Shown here: piece by piece, positions 40,927 through 50,718 of the stretch
Position numbering within the stretch: position 1 is the stretch's first letter
Layout of the letters: the number at the start of each line of letters is the position of its first letter
DNA from: Escherichia phage VEc74
Direction: 5' to 3' (one strand)
Sequence record: MT932213.1
Length of the DNA: 64,000 nt
Program-made: the position numbers and the translations under genes
The notes under the pieces: model-generated
What the model was told of the DNA's origin: nothing
The model's input: only the letters and a program-made list of their open reading frames with translations
Database searches by the model: none

Positions 40927-41291
40927 TACTTTTTGAAAGTTTTTCGCAAAAGTTCAATGATTTCATCTACATTGTTTTCGTCTACAATGCAGTGAATTTT
41001 TGTTACGCCAGAAACTGTGTCTTCGGCTCCATCTTCTTCAGAAGTCGGTTCTTTATACTCGCGAAAACAATGAAATTCGTCTTCACAAACGTTAAAGTAA
41101 AAATGCTTTCCATTTGCGCATTCAATGTGTTTTATTACTCTAAATCCATCAACAAAGAAAGCTTCTTTAACTTCAAACCATCCACCATTTTCTTGAATAA
41201 TTTTAACTATTGATGAATTAGAACGTGGGCGATAATTAATAAATGTATCAATAAGTCTTGGAACAAGCTCATACTTTTTGCCAATATACAT
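40926..41291 (-). CDS. Hypothetical protein
   Basis: 121-aa ORF with RBS GAGGAAAAC. Confidence 0.5.
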   Translation of the reverse strand: MYIGKKYELVPRLIDTFINYRPRSNSSIVKIIQENGGWFEVKEAFFVDGFRVIKHIECANGKHFYFNVCEDEFHCFREYKEPTSEEDGAEDTVSGVTKIHCIVDENNVDEIIELLRKTFKK

Positions 41292-41335
41292 TACGTTTTC
41301 CTCATTTTAACGGGGCTGTAATAGCCCCTTGATAA

Positions 41336-41566
41336 TTATTGTTCAATCAATCCCATGTAAAATTCTGCGTCTTCAGAATCCATACCATCACAATATTCAT
41401 TAGCCATAAAGCGGGTGAGGTCTTCAAGAGGACCTTCAATGACAATAGAAAAATTGCAATAATTGGGATCATCGTGAATACTTGTGATACTAAGTTCAGG
41501 ATAACGATTACGAATAATCTCTTCAATATATTCAAAATCAACGATGTCAATATCAACTTTAGCCAT
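41336..41566 (-). CDS. Small acidic protein, paralog of the 40640-40867 ORF
   Basis: 76-aa ORF from [26 protein letters not shown]...; RBS AGAGGAAAATAAT. Confidence 0.55.
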   Translation of the reverse strand: MAKVDIDIVDFEYIEEIIRNRYPELSITSIHDDPNYCNFSIVIEGPLEDLTRFMANEYCDGMDSEDAEFYMGLIEQ

Positions 41567-41609
41567 ATTATTTTCCTCTTTAATCATCAGCAGTATTGCC
41601 GATAGTTGT

Positions 41610-41639
41610 ATAGTACCACAGCATGCTTTGGTTGTAAAC
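41610..41639 (-). promoter_or_regulatory. Early promoter (-35 GTTTAC, 18-bp spacer, -10 TACTAT) within a repeated cassette
   Basis: 72-bp cassette 41601-41672 is near-identical to 58283-58354. Confidence 0.6.
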
Positions 41640-41670
41640 CGTTTTGTGAAAAAATTTTTGAAATAAAAAA

Positions 41671-41689
41671 GGGGACCTCTAGGGTCCCC
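41671..41689 (-). terminator. Rho-independent terminator after gene 32 (ggggacctctagggtcccc plus T-run)
   Basis: Perfect 8-bp stem followed by TTTTTTATTT on minus strand. Confidence 0.8.
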
Positions 41690-41711
41690 AATTAATTAGT
41701 AATATAATCTA

Positions 41712-42620
41712 TTAAAGGTCATTCAAAAGGTCATCCAGGTCCGTGTCATCAGCACTAGATGAACTGCCAGAGCTTGAGCTCATAAAATCATCTTCAGTTT
41801 TTGTTTTGAAGTCATCAACATTGAATGCATCCAAATCATCAGCAACTTTATCAGCTTTCTTAGCGGCAGTTGCTGCGGCACCACCCATAGCAGCAGTTCC
41901 CATAACTTGACTGAACTTAGTGCTCAGTTCTTCAAACGATTTGAATTTATCTTTAGAAGTCATTTCAGAAAGGTCAACCATTTGTTCGAACAGTTCTTTC
42001 TGGAAAGATTCATCATCAATGTTTGGAATCGCAGATTGATTCAGGAATTTAGATTCATCGTAGTTACTAAAACCAGAAACTTGTTTAACTTTCAGTACAA
42101 AGTTAGCACCTTCCCACGGACAAGTTACATCAACTGGAGTTTCACCCATTTCAACATCAACCGCAATCATTGCATTGATTTTATCCCAGATTTTCTTACC
42201 GAAACGGTATTTAAATACTTTACCTTCGTTTTCTGGAGCAGCTGGGTCTTTTACAACAAGAATATTAGCCCAGTAAGAAGTTTTACGTTTAACAAGACTG
42301 TACTCTTTATTGTCAGTGTTGTACAGATCATTTTTACTAATGTATTGACATACTGGGCAAGAATCGTAATCACCGTGGGTAGATGAACAATTTTCGATAT
42401 ACCATTTACCGTTTTTCTTGAAACCGTGATTTACAAGAATTGCGAATGGTGCTTGTTCATCATTTTTAGACGGAAGAAAACGAATTACTGCTTGACCGTT
42501 ACCCGCATTGTCGAGTTTCAGTTTCCACTCGCCTTTATCTTCAGAAGAAAAACCACCTTTATTTCCAGCCAGTTTAGCCATTTGTGCAGCGAGTTCAGCA
42601 GTAGATTTACGTTTAAACAT
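41712..42620 (-). CDS. 32: Single-stranded DNA-binding protein gp32
   Basis: 302-aa ORF; [50 protein letters not shown] and acidic Ser/Asp-rich C-terminus match T4 gp32. Confidence 0.95.
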   Translation of the reverse strand: MFKRKSTAELAAQMAKLAGNKGGFSSEDKGEWKLKLDNAGNGQAVIRFLPSKNDEQAPFAILVNHGFKKNGKWYIENCSSTHGDYDSCPVCQYISKNDLYNTDNKEYSLVKRKTSYWANILVVKDPAAPENEGKVFKYRFGKKIWDKINAMIAVDVEMGETPVDVTCPWEGANFVLKVKQVSGFSNYDESKFLNQSAIPNIDDESFQKELFEQMVDLSEMTSKDKFKSFEELSTKFSQVMGTAAMGGAAATAAKKADKVADDLDAFNVDDFKTKTEDDFMSSSSGSSSSADDTDLDDLLNDL

Positions 42621-42703
42621 TTTTATTTCCTTTTTAATTTAATTAACAGTTGGTGCTATGACGATGTATGACCTCATAGCTGGTCAGTGAGATAATTATA
42701 ATC
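42621..42703 (-). promoter_or_regulatory. Gene 32 translational operator: pseudoknot plus unstructured A/U-rich tract in the 5' leader
   Basis: Minus strand reads ...UGACCAGCUAUGAGGUCAUACAUCGUCAUAGCAC... then UUAAUUAAAUUAAAAAGGAAAUAAAAAUG, matching the T4 autoregulatory leader as I recall it. Confidence 0.65.
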
Positions 42704-42711
42704 TATTTATA
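42704..42711 (-). promoter_or_regulatory. Late promoter TATAAATA (minus strand) for gene 32
   Basis: Reverse complement of plus-strand tatttata, directly downstream of gene 59 stop. Confidence 0.6.
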
Positions 42712-42719
42712 ATAAGCAA

Positions 42720-43373
42720 TTAATACTTGCAAGATTTCACAGTTTCAATGAAAACATTTTTAGCTTTCTGTGAATCAATATTTAAAATTTTTCTATAAGC
42801 CTTTAACTTTATAGAATAATTATTCCAGACTAAATTATCAGTCTGTTCATCATGTTTATCAATTATATTTAAAAATGAATCAAGCAAGATAAACGTCTCA
42901 AACGAAATTATGTTCGATTGCAGAAGTTTAAAAATATAACTTGATTGAACTTTTGGATTATACTCAAAAATTTCTTTAAAAGCAGAAACTTCAACTTTTT
43001 TACTAAAATAATAAATGTTGCGAATATCTTCTTCAAACTTAAATTTAATTTGCTTTAAGCGTCCGATATATTCACGATAAAACACAAGTGCATCAGCGTC
43101 AGAGATGTCACCAATCCAAGCATCTTGGTTAGCAACAAGATTGCTTATAAAGATTAAAGCAAGTTCCTTTAATTTATATTTTTCTGATAACTTCTGGAAA
43201 AAATACTTATCCCTTCGCTTTTGATAAGCGGCATCAGACACCCGCATGCACCAATTATACTTAATTACATCATACTTTCCATTCATATGTTGTTTTATCA
43301 TTAAGTATAATTTATAAACTGATTTACCATCAATGTATCTTTCACCACCAGCAGGCATGCGGAGTTTAATCAT
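42720..43373 (-). CDS. 59: Helicase loader gp59
   Basis: 217-aa ORF, T4 gp59 length and position. Confidence 0.8.
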   Translation of the reverse strand: MIKLRMPAGGERYIDGKSVYKLYLMIKQHMNGKYDVIKYNWCMRVSDAAYQKRRDKYFFQKLSEKYKLKELALIFISNLVANQDAWIGDISDADALVFYREYIGRLKQIKFKFEEDIRNIYYFSKKVEVSAFKEIFEYNPKVQSSYIFKLLQSNIISFETFILLDSFLNIIDKHDEQTDNLVWNNYSIKLKAYRKILNIDSQKAKNVFIETVKSCKY

Positions 43374-43717
43374 AGTAGAAAATCTAATGTATTAGTTTTT
43401 TCACAACGAACAACAGAAGGACGTAAAAGATTTTCGTCAATAGCTTCTGACTGAATTTTTTCAATTATACCCGAAGGAATAAATTTAGCAAATTGAGTTT
43501 CAGGAATAGAATTTTCTTCTAAGAATGCTGTTGTAGCTTCAAGATAACTCATACCAAACTCTTCTACCATTTTTTCAATAATAAATCCATTTTCTTGACG
43601 ATCAAGAAGCTTTGCTATTTCATCCTTTTCTTTCTTAATTGAAAGTTCTTTTTCTGAAAGACCGGTCTCATCGACCGGACGAATATCATTTAGAGAAAAC
43701 TGTGTCATAAAGTTCAA
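43370..43717 (-). CDS. 33: Late transcription co-activator gp33
   Basis: 115-aa ORF (T4 gp33 112 aa; true start may be the Met 3 codons in), acidic; position between dsbA and 59. Confidence 0.72.
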   Translation of the reverse strand: MNFMTQFSLNDIRPVDETGLSEKELSIKKEKDEIAKLLDRQENGFIIEKMVEEFGMSYLEATTAFLEENSIPETQFAKFIPSGIIEKIQSEAIDENLLRPSVVRCEKTNTLDFLL

Positions 43718-43955
43718 CTACCTCTTCAGTTTCAGCTTCAAACACATCACGGTTATCTTTATGATACAAAGCTAATAGACGATTAAACATCTTACCATCA
43801 ACGCCAAGTTCATCTTTGGCACGAATTCGAATATCTTTAATCAGTTCATTATAACCGGAAATTTTCAGTTTATGATCAGATGCTTCTTTAATAAATTTAG
43901 CCAAGTCTTCGCCATGGATAGCTTCATCAAATTCAACCATTTCTTTTTTAGCCAT
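43686..43955 (-). CDS. dsbA: dsDNA-binding protein DsbA
   Basis: 89-aa ORF, T4 DsbA length and position. Confidence 0.7.
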   Translation of the reverse strand: MAKKEMVEFDEAIHGEDLAKFIKEASDHKLKISGYNELIKDIRIRAKDELGVDGKMFNRLLALYHKDNRDVFEAETEEVVELYDTVFSK

Positions 43956-43963
43956 TATTCACC

Positions 43964-44881
43964 TCAAAATTCATTAATGCTATTAGTTAATTTAGAAAGA
44001 CCCGCTTTTACAAAATATGAATAAATTTTGCCACGCGGTGGTAATTTATATGAATTATAGTAATTCACAATGTTTGAAGCAATATTATCAGGAATATAAT
44101 CAAAATCAATTAGAACTAAATTTTCTTTATAACGATTATATTCAGATTCTGTGAGAAGCACCTTAGCTTGCTCACGGTCATTAGCAATAGCTTCAACGAT
44201 TGAAGTTTTCATTGAAGGAGTTCGTTCACCTTCAACTCTGGTAAACCAAAAGTCAGATCGTACTTTAACTGAAGCAACGTTATCCTTTTTGTCGCCTTTA
44301 AGAATTTTAGTCATACAGTCAATTTCAGCAGAACCGCTTTTAATTTTAACCCATTTCTTATGCATCGGAGACCATTGCTTAACATTTGGATATTTGTGAA
44401 GCTGTGTAAAGTCACCATCAGATGAAATGATTAAAATTTTATGTCCTTCTAAAGAGAACTTTTTAACAAGAACAGCAATGTGGTCATCTGCTTCATACTT
44501 ATCAATATCCATAACAATGTATGGCATATAAGCTTTTAATTCATCTATAACTTTATGGCTGGATTCAAAATAACCTTCCCAGTCCCAAGTAGATTCTTCT
44601 CGCGCTTTTCCACGGTTTTTCTTATAGTAATAAGCGAAATCACGACGCCAGTATCCAGATTTCGCGTTATCAATACACAGTACAATTTTAGTGTATCCAA
44701 GCGTTTTTGCTTTTTTGACATTAAACTTAATTGAGTTCAATATCAAATGACGAACCATTGATAAATTAATTTTTTCTTTATCTGGGAAGTTTACAAGAGC
44801 AGTTGAAAGCGCAATTTGACTAAAGTCAATAAAGCAAATTCCTTCTTTGTAGTCTTCATCCAGCATCATTTCTAAATCCAT
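43964..44881 (-). CDS. rnh: RNase H (5'-3' flap exonuclease)
   Basis: 305-aa ORF from MDLEMMLDEDYKEGIC...; RBS GAGG 5 nt upstream of this ATG; track start is 5 codons upstream. Confidence 0.85.
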   Translation of the reverse strand: MDLEMMLDEDYKEGICFIDFSQIALSTALVNFPDKEKINLSMVRHLILNSIKFNVKKAKTLGYTKIVLCIDNAKSGYWRRDFAYYYKKNRGKAREESTWDWEGYFESSHKVIDELKAYMPYIVMDIDKYEADDHIAVLVKKFSLEGHKILIISSDGDFTQLHKYPNVKQWSPMHKKWVKIKSGSAEIDCMTKILKGDKKDNVASVKVRSDFWFTRVEGERTPSMKTSIVEAIANDREQAKVLLTESEYNRYKENLVLIDFDYIPDNIASNIVNYYNSYKLPPRGKIYSYFVKAGLSKLTNSINEF

Positions 44882-44910
44882 ATGAACCTCGTTCAATTAG
44901 TGAGATTTCT

Positions 44911-44940
44911 ATTATATACCATCCAAATCTTAAAGTAAAC
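44911..44940 (-). promoter_or_regulatory. Early promoter (-35 GTTTAC, 18-bp spacer, -10 TATAAT) for rnh
   Basis: Read on minus strand. Confidence 0.55.
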
Positions 44941-44943
44941 AAG

Positions 44944-44951
44944 TATAAATA
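44944..44951 (+). promoter_or_regulatory. Late promoter TATAAATA for gene 34
   Basis: Exact motif 35 nt upstream of gene 34 ATG. Confidence 0.65.
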
Positions 44952-44985
44952 CTTATTATTGAAAACACAATAGGAGCCCGGGAGA

Positions 44986-47900
44986 ATGGCCGAGATTAAA
45001 AGAAAGTTCAGAGCAGAAGATGGTCTGGACGCAGGTGGTGATAAAATAATCAACGTAGCTTTAGCTGATCGTGCCGTAGGAACTGACGGCGTTAACGTTG
45101 ATTACTTAATTCAAGAAAACACAGTTCAACAATATGATCCAACTCGTGGATATTTAAAAGATTTTGTAATCATTTATGATAACCGCTTTTGGGCTGCTAT
45201 AAATGATATTCCAAAACCAGCAGGAGCTTTTAATAGCGTACGATGGAGAGCGTTACGTACTGATGCAAACTGGACAACTGTTTCATCAGGACCTTATCAA
45301 TTAAAGTCAGGCGAATCAATTTCAGTTGATACTGCAGCCGGTAATGACATTACATTTACTTTACCATCTTCCCCAATTGATGGAGATACTATCGTTCTCC
45401 AAGATATTGGAGGAAAACCTGGAGTTAATCAAGTTTTAATTACAGCACCGGTACAAAGCATTGTAAATTTTAGAGGTCAGCAAGTACGTTCAGTACTAAT
45501 GACTCATCCAAAATCACAGATAGTTTTAATTTTTAGTAATCGTCTGTGGCAAATGTATGTCGCTGATTATAGTAGAGAAGCTGTAGTTGTAACGCCTGCG
45601 AGTCTCTATCAGGCGCAATCAAACGATTTTATCGTACGTAGATTTACTTCTGCTTCAGCAATTAATATTAAACTTCCAAGATTTGCCAATCATGGCGATA
45701 TTATTAATTTCGTTGATTTGGATAAATTAAATCCTCTTTATCACACAATTGTTACTACATATGATGAAACAACTTCAGTACAAGAAGTTGGAACTCATTC
45801 CATTGAAGGTCGTACATCGATTGACGGTTTCTTGATGTTTGATGATAATGAGAAATTGTGGAGATTGCTTGACGGGGATAGTAAAGCACGTTTACGCATT
45901 ATAACAACTAATTCTAATATTCGTCCAAATGAAGAAGTTATGGTATTTGGTGCGAATAACGGAACAGCTCAGACAATTGAACTTCAGCTTCCGACTGATA
46001 TTTCTGTTGGTGATACTGTCAAAATTTCCATGAATTACATGAGAAAAGGACAAACGGTTAAAATCAAAGCTGCAGGTGAAGATAAAATTGCTTCTTCAGT
46101 TCAATTACTGCAATTCCCAAAACGCTCAGAATATCCACCTGAAGCTGAATGGGTTACAGTTCAAGAATTAGTTTTTAATGGTGAAACTAATTATGTTCCA
46201 GTTTTGGAGCTTGCTTATATAGAAGATTCTGATGGAAAATACTGGGTTGTACAGCAAAACGTTCCAACCGTAGAAAGAGTAGATTCTTTAAATGATTCTA
46301 CTAGAGCAAGATTAGGCGTAATTGCTTTAGCGACACAAGCTCAAGCTAATGTCGATTTAGAAAATTCTCCACAAAAAGAATTAGCAATTACTCCAGAAAC
46401 ATTAGCTAACCGTACTGCTACAGAAACTCGTAGAGGTATCGCAAGAATAGCAACTACTGCTCAAGTTAACCAGGATACTACATTCTCTTTTGCTGATGAC
46501 CTTATCATTACTCCTAAAAAGCTGAATGAAAGAACGGCTACTGAAACTCGTAGAGGTGTTGCTGAAATTGCTACGCAGCAAGAAACTAATACAGGAACCG
46601 ATGATACTACAATCATTACTCCTAAAAAGCTTCAAGCTCGTCAAGGTTCTGAATCATTATCTGGTATTGTAACCTTTGTATCTACTGCAGGTGCTACTCC
46701 AGCTTCTAGCCGTGAATTAAATGGTACGAATGTTTATAATAAAAACACTAATAATTTAGTTGTTTCGCCTAAAGCTTTGGATCAGTATAAAGCTACTCCA
46801 ACGCAGCAAGGTGCAGTAATTTTAGCAGTTGAAAGTGAAGTAATTGCTGGACAAAGTCAGGAAGGATGGGCAAATGCGGTTGTAACGCCAGAAACGTTAC
46901 ATAAAAAGACATCAACTGATGGAAGAATTGGTTTAATTGAAATTGCTACGCAAAGTGAAGTTAATACAGGAACTGATTATACTCGTGCAGTCACTCCTAA
47001 AACTTTAAATGATCGTAGAGCAACTGAAAGTTTAAGTGGTATAGCTGAAATTGCTACACAAGTTGAATTCGACGCAGGCGTCGACGATACTCGTATCTCT
47101 ACACCATTAAAAATTAAAACTAGATTTAATAGTACTGATCGTACTTCTGTTGTTGCTCTATCTGGATTAGTTGAATCAGGAACTCTCTGGGACCATTATA
47201 CCCTTAATATTCTTGAAGCAAATGAGACACAGCGTGGTACACTTCGTGTAGCTACACAGGTCGAAGCTGCTGCAGGAACACTAGATAATGTTTTAATAAC
47301 TCCTAAAAAGCTTTTAGGTACTAAATCTACCGAATCGCAAGAAGGTGTTATTAAAGTTGCAACTCAGTCTGAAGCTGTGGCTGGAACGTCAGCAAATACT
47401 GCTATATCTCCAAAAAATTTAAAATGGATTGTGCAGAGTGAACCTACCTGGGCAGCTACTACTACGATAAGGGGATTTGTTAAAACTTCATCTGGTTCAA
47501 TTACGTTCGTTGGTAATGATACAGCTGGTTCTACCCAAGATTTAGAACTGTATGAGAAAAATAGCTATGCAGTATCACCATATGAATTAAACCGTGTATT
47601 AGCAAATTATTTGCCGTTAAAAGCAAAAGCTGTAGATAGTAATTTATTGGATGGTCTAGATTCATCTCAGTTCATTCGTAGGGATATTGCACAGACGGTT
47701 AATGGTTCACTAACCTTAACCCAACAAACGAATCTGAGTGCCCCTCTTGTATCATCTAGTACTGGTGAATTTGGTGGTTCATTGGCCGCTAATAGAACAT
47801 TTACCATCCGTAATACAGGAGCCCCGACTAGTATCGTTTTCGAAAAAGGTCCTGCATCCGGGGCAAATCCTGCACAGTCAATGAGTATTCGTGTATGGGG

Positions 47901-48855
47901 TAACCAATTTGGCGGCGGTAGTGATACAACACGTTCGACAGTGTTTGAAGTTGGCGATGACACATCTCATCACTTTTATTCTCAACGTAATAAAGACGGT
48001 AATATAGCGTTTAACATTAATGGTACTGTAATGCCAATAAATGTTAATGCTTCAGGAACATTGAATGCAAATGGTGTAGCAACATTTGGTAATTCAGTCA
48101 CTGCAACTGGTGAAATTATTTCTCGAAGCGCAAATGCTTTCCGTGCTATTAACGGAAATTATGGTTTCATTGTTCGCAATGATGGACCAGTAACGAATTT
48201 TATGCTTACTGCATCGGGTGATCAGACTGGCGGATTTAATGGATTGCGTCCTTTAGCTATCAATAATGCATCTGGTCAAGTAACGATTGGTGAAAGCTTA
48301 ATTATTGCCAAAGGTGCTACTATAAATTCAGGCGGTTTGACTGTTAACTCGAGAATTCGTTCTCAGGGTACTAAAACATCTGATTTATACACCCGCGCTC
48401 CAACATCTGACACAGTAGGATTCTGGTCAATTGATATTAACGATTCAGCCACTTATAATCAATTCCCTGGTTATTTTAAAATGGTTGAAAAAACTAATGA
48501 AGTGACTGGACTTCCATATTTAGAACGTGGCGAAGAAGTTAAATCTCCTGGTACATTGACTCAGTTTGGTAACACACTTGATTCGCTTTACCAAGATTGG
48601 ATTACTTATCCAACGACCCCAGAAGCGCGCACCACTCGCTGGACACGTACATGGCAGAAAACCAAAAACTCTTGGTCAAGTTTTGTTCAGGTATTTGACG
48701 GAGGTAACCCTCCTCAGCCATCTGATATCGGTGCTTTACCATCTGATAATGCTATAATGGGTAATCTTACTATTCGTGATTTCTTACGAATTGGTAATGT
48801 TCGCATTGTTCCTGACCCAGTGAATAAAACGGTTAAATTTGAATGGGTTGAATAA
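44986..48855 (+). CDS. 34: Long tail fibre proximal subunit gp34
   Basis: 1289-aa ORF, exactly the T4 gp34 length; internal ~33-aa tail-fibre repeats. Confidence 0.93.
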   Translation: MAEIKRKFRAEDGLDAGGDKIINVALADRAVGTDGVNVDYLIQENTVQQYDPTRGYLKDFVIIYDNRFWAAINDIPKPAGAFNSVRWRALRTDANWTTVSSGPYQLKSGESISVDTAAGNDITFTLPSSPIDGDTIVLQDIGGKPGVNQVLITAPVQSIVNFRGQQVRSVLMTHPKSQIVLIFSNRLWQMYVADYSREAVVVTPASLYQAQSNDFIVRRFTSASAINIKLPRFANHGDIINFVDLDKLNPLYHTIVTTYDETTSVQEVGTHSIEGRTSIDGFLMFDDNEKLWRLLDGDSKARLRIITTNSNIRPNEEVMVFGANNGTAQTIELQLPTDISVGDTVKISMNYMRKGQTVKIKAAGEDKIASSVQLLQFPKRSEYPPEAEWVTVQELVFNGETNYVPVLELAYIEDSDGKYWVVQQNVPTVERVDSLNDSTRARLGVIALATQAQANVDLENSPQKELAITPETLANRTATETRRGIARIATTAQVNQDTTFSFADDLIITPKKLNERTATETRRGVAEIATQQETNTGTDDTTIITPKKLQARQGSESLSGIVTFVSTAGATPASSRELNGTNVYNKNTNNLVVSPKALDQYKATPTQQGAVILAVESEVIAGQSQEGWANAVVTPETLHKKTSTDGRIGLIEIATQSEVNTGTDYTRAVTPKTLNDRRATESLSGIAEIATQVEFDAGVDDTRISTPLKIKTRFNSTDRTSVVALSGLVESGTLWDHYTLNILEANETQRGTLRVATQVEAAAGTLDNVLITPKKLLGTKSTESQEGVIKVATQSEAVAGTSANTAISPKNLKWIVQSEPTWAATTTIRGFVKTSSGSITFVGNDTAGSTQDLELYEKNSYAVSPYELNRVLANYLPLKAKAVDSNLLDGLDSSQFIRRDIAQTVNGSLTLTQQTNLSAPLVSSSTGEFGGSLAANRTFTIRNTGAPTSIVFEKGPASGANPAQSMSIRVWGNQFGGGSDTTRSTVFEVGDDTSHHFYSQRNKDGNIAFNINGTVMPINVNASGTLNANGVATFGNSVTATGEIISRSANAFRAINGNYGFIVRNDGPVTNFMLTASGDQTGGFNGLRPLAINNASGQVTIGESLIIAKGATINSGGLTVNSRIRSQGTKTSDLYTRAPTSDTVGFWSIDINDSATYNQFPGYFKMVEKTNEVTGLPYLERGEEVKSPGTLTQFGNTLDSLYQDWITYPTTPEARTTRWTRTWQKTKNSWSSFVQVFDGGNPPQPSDIGALPSDNAIMGNLTIRDFLRIGNVRIVPDPVNKTVKFEWVE

Positions 48856-48863
48856 GAGGTATT

Positions 48864-49982
48864 ATGGAAAAATTTATGGCAGAGTTTGGACAAGGATATG
48901 TCCAAACGCCATTTTTATCGGAAAGCAATTCAGTAAGATACAAAATAAGTATAGCGGGTTCTTGCCCGCTTTCTACTGCAGGACCACCATATGTTAAATT
49001 TCAGGATAATCCTGTAGGAAGTCAAACATTTAGCGCAGGCCTTCATTTAAGAGTTTTTGACCCTTCCACCGGAGCATTAGTTGATAGTAAGTCATATGCT
49101 TTTTCGACTTCAAATGATACTACATCTGCTGCCTTTGTTAGTTTCATGAATTCTATTTCAAGCAATAGACTTGTTGCTATATTAACTAGCGGAAAGGTTA
49201 ATTTTCCTCCTGAAGTAGTATCTTGGTTAAGAACAGCAGGAACGTCTGCTTTTCCATCTGACTCTGTATTGTCAAGATTTGATGTATCATATGCTGCTTT
49301 TTACACTTCTTCTAAAAGAGCTATCGCATTAGAGCATGTTAAACTGAGCAACAGAAAAAGCACGGATGATTATCAAACTATTTTAGATGTTGTATTTGAC
49401 AGTTTAGAAGACGTCGGAGCTACCGGGTTTCCAAGAAGAACATATGAAAGCGTTGAGCAGTTTATGTCAGCTGTTGGTGGAACTAATAACGAAATTGCAC
49501 GTCTACCAACTTCATCCGCGATAAGTAAACTTTCTGACTACAATTTAATTCCTGGCGATGTTCTTTATCTTAAAGCACAACTATATGCTGATGAAGATTT
49601 ACTCGCTCTTGGAACTACGAATATATCTATTAGATTTTATAATGAATCGGATGGATATATTTCTTCAACACACGCTGAGTTTACTGGTCAAGCTGGGTCA
49701 TGGGAATTAAAGGAAGACTATGTAGTTGTTCCTGAAAATGCAGTAGGATTTACGATATATGCACAAAGAACTGCACAAGCAGGTCAAGGTGGCATGAGGA
49801 ATTTAAGTTTTTCTGAAGTATCAAGAAATGGCGGAATTTCAAAACCTACAGAATTTGGCGTCAATGGTATTCGAGTTAATTATGTCTGTGAATCTGCTTC
49901 ACCTCCAGATATAATGGTACTTCCTACACAAGCATCGTCTAAAACTGGTAAAGTGTTTGGACAAGAATTTAGAGAAGTATAA
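48864..49982 (+). CDS. 35: Long tail fibre hinge protein gp35
   Basis: 372-aa ORF, T4 gp35 length. Confidence 0.88.
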   Translation: MEKFMAEFGQGYVQTPFLSESNSVRYKISIAGSCPLSTAGPPYVKFQDNPVGSQTFSAGLHLRVFDPSTGALVDSKSYAFSTSNDTTSAAFVSFMNSISSNRLVAILTSGKVNFPPEVVSWLRTAGTSAFPSDSVLSRFDVSYAAFYTSSKRAIALEHVKLSNRKSTDDYQTILDVVFDSLEDVGATGFPRRTYESVEQFMSAVGGTNNEIARLPTSSAISKLSDYNLIPGDVLYLKAQLYADEDLLALGTTNISIRFYNESDGYISSTHAEFTGQAGSWELKEDYVVVPENAVGFTIYAQRTAQAGQGGMRNLSFSEVSRNGGISKPTEFGVNGIRVNYVCESASPPDIMVLPTQASSKTGKVFGQEFREV

Positions 49983-49987
49983 ATTGA

Positions 49988-50005
49988 GGGAGCCTTCGGG
50001 TTCCC
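49988..50005 (+). terminator. GC hairpin (gggagccttcgggttccc) plus T-run after gene 35
   Basis: 7-bp stem with one G-U pair, UUCG loop, TTTTTCTTT tail. Confidence 0.65.
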
Positions 50006-50013
50006 TTTTTCTT

Positions 50014-50021
50014 TATAAATA
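50014..50021 (+). promoter_or_regulatory. Late promoter TATAAATA for genes 36-37-38
   Basis: Exact motif 24 nt upstream of gene 36 ATG. Confidence 0.65.
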
Positions 50022-50044
50022 CTATTAAAATAAAGGGGCATACA

Positions 50045-50710
50045 ATGGCTGATTTAAAAGTAGGTTCAACAACTGGAGGCTCTGTCATTTGGCATCAAGG
50101 AAATTTTCCATTGAATCCAGCCGGTGACGATGTACTCTATAAATCATTTAAAATATATTCAGAATATAATAAACCACAAGCTGATGATAACGATTTCGTT
50201 TCTAAAGCTAATGGTGGTACTTATGCATCAAAGGTAACATTTAACGCTGGCATTCAAGTCCCATATGCTCCAAACATCATGAGCCCATGCGGTATTTATG
50301 GGGGTAACGGTGATAATGCTACTTTTGATACAGCAAATATCGATATTGTTTCATGGTATGGCGTAGGATTTAAATCGTCATTTGGTACAACAGGCCGAAC
50401 TGTTGTAATTAATACACGCAATGGTGATATTAATACAAAAGGTACAGTGACTGCATCAAAACAAGTAAGAAGCGATGCGGCTGCTCCTATAGCAGCGAAT
50501 GACCTTACTAGAAAGGACTATGTTGATGGAGCAATAAATACTGTTACTGCAAATGCAAACTCTAGGGTGCTACGGTCTGGTGACACCATGACAGGTAATT
50601 TAACAGCGCCAAACTTTTTCTCGCAGAATCCTGCGTCTCAACCTTCACATGTTCCACGATTTGACCAAATCGTAATTAAGGATTCTGTTCAAGATTTCGG
50701 CTATTATTAA
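50045..50710 (+). CDS. 36: Long tail fibre distal connector gp36
   Basis: 221-aa ORF, T4 gp36 length. Confidence 0.88.
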   Translation: MADLKVGSTTGGSVIWHQGNFPLNPAGDDVLYKSFKIYSEYNKPQADDNDFVSKANGGTYASKVTFNAGIQVPYAPNIMSPCGIYGGNGDNATFDTANIDIVSWYGVGFKSSFGTTGRTVVINTRNGDINTKGTVTASKQVRSDAAAPIAANDLTRKDYVDGAINTVTANANSRVLRSGDTMTGNLTAPNFFSQNPASQPSHVPRFDQIVIKDSVQDFGYY

Positions 50711-50718
50711 GAGGACTT

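Noticed and set aside
41907-42386. 159-aa plus-strand ORF inside gene 32
   Set aside because: Antisense to a highly conserved CDS, with no translation signals; treated as spurious.
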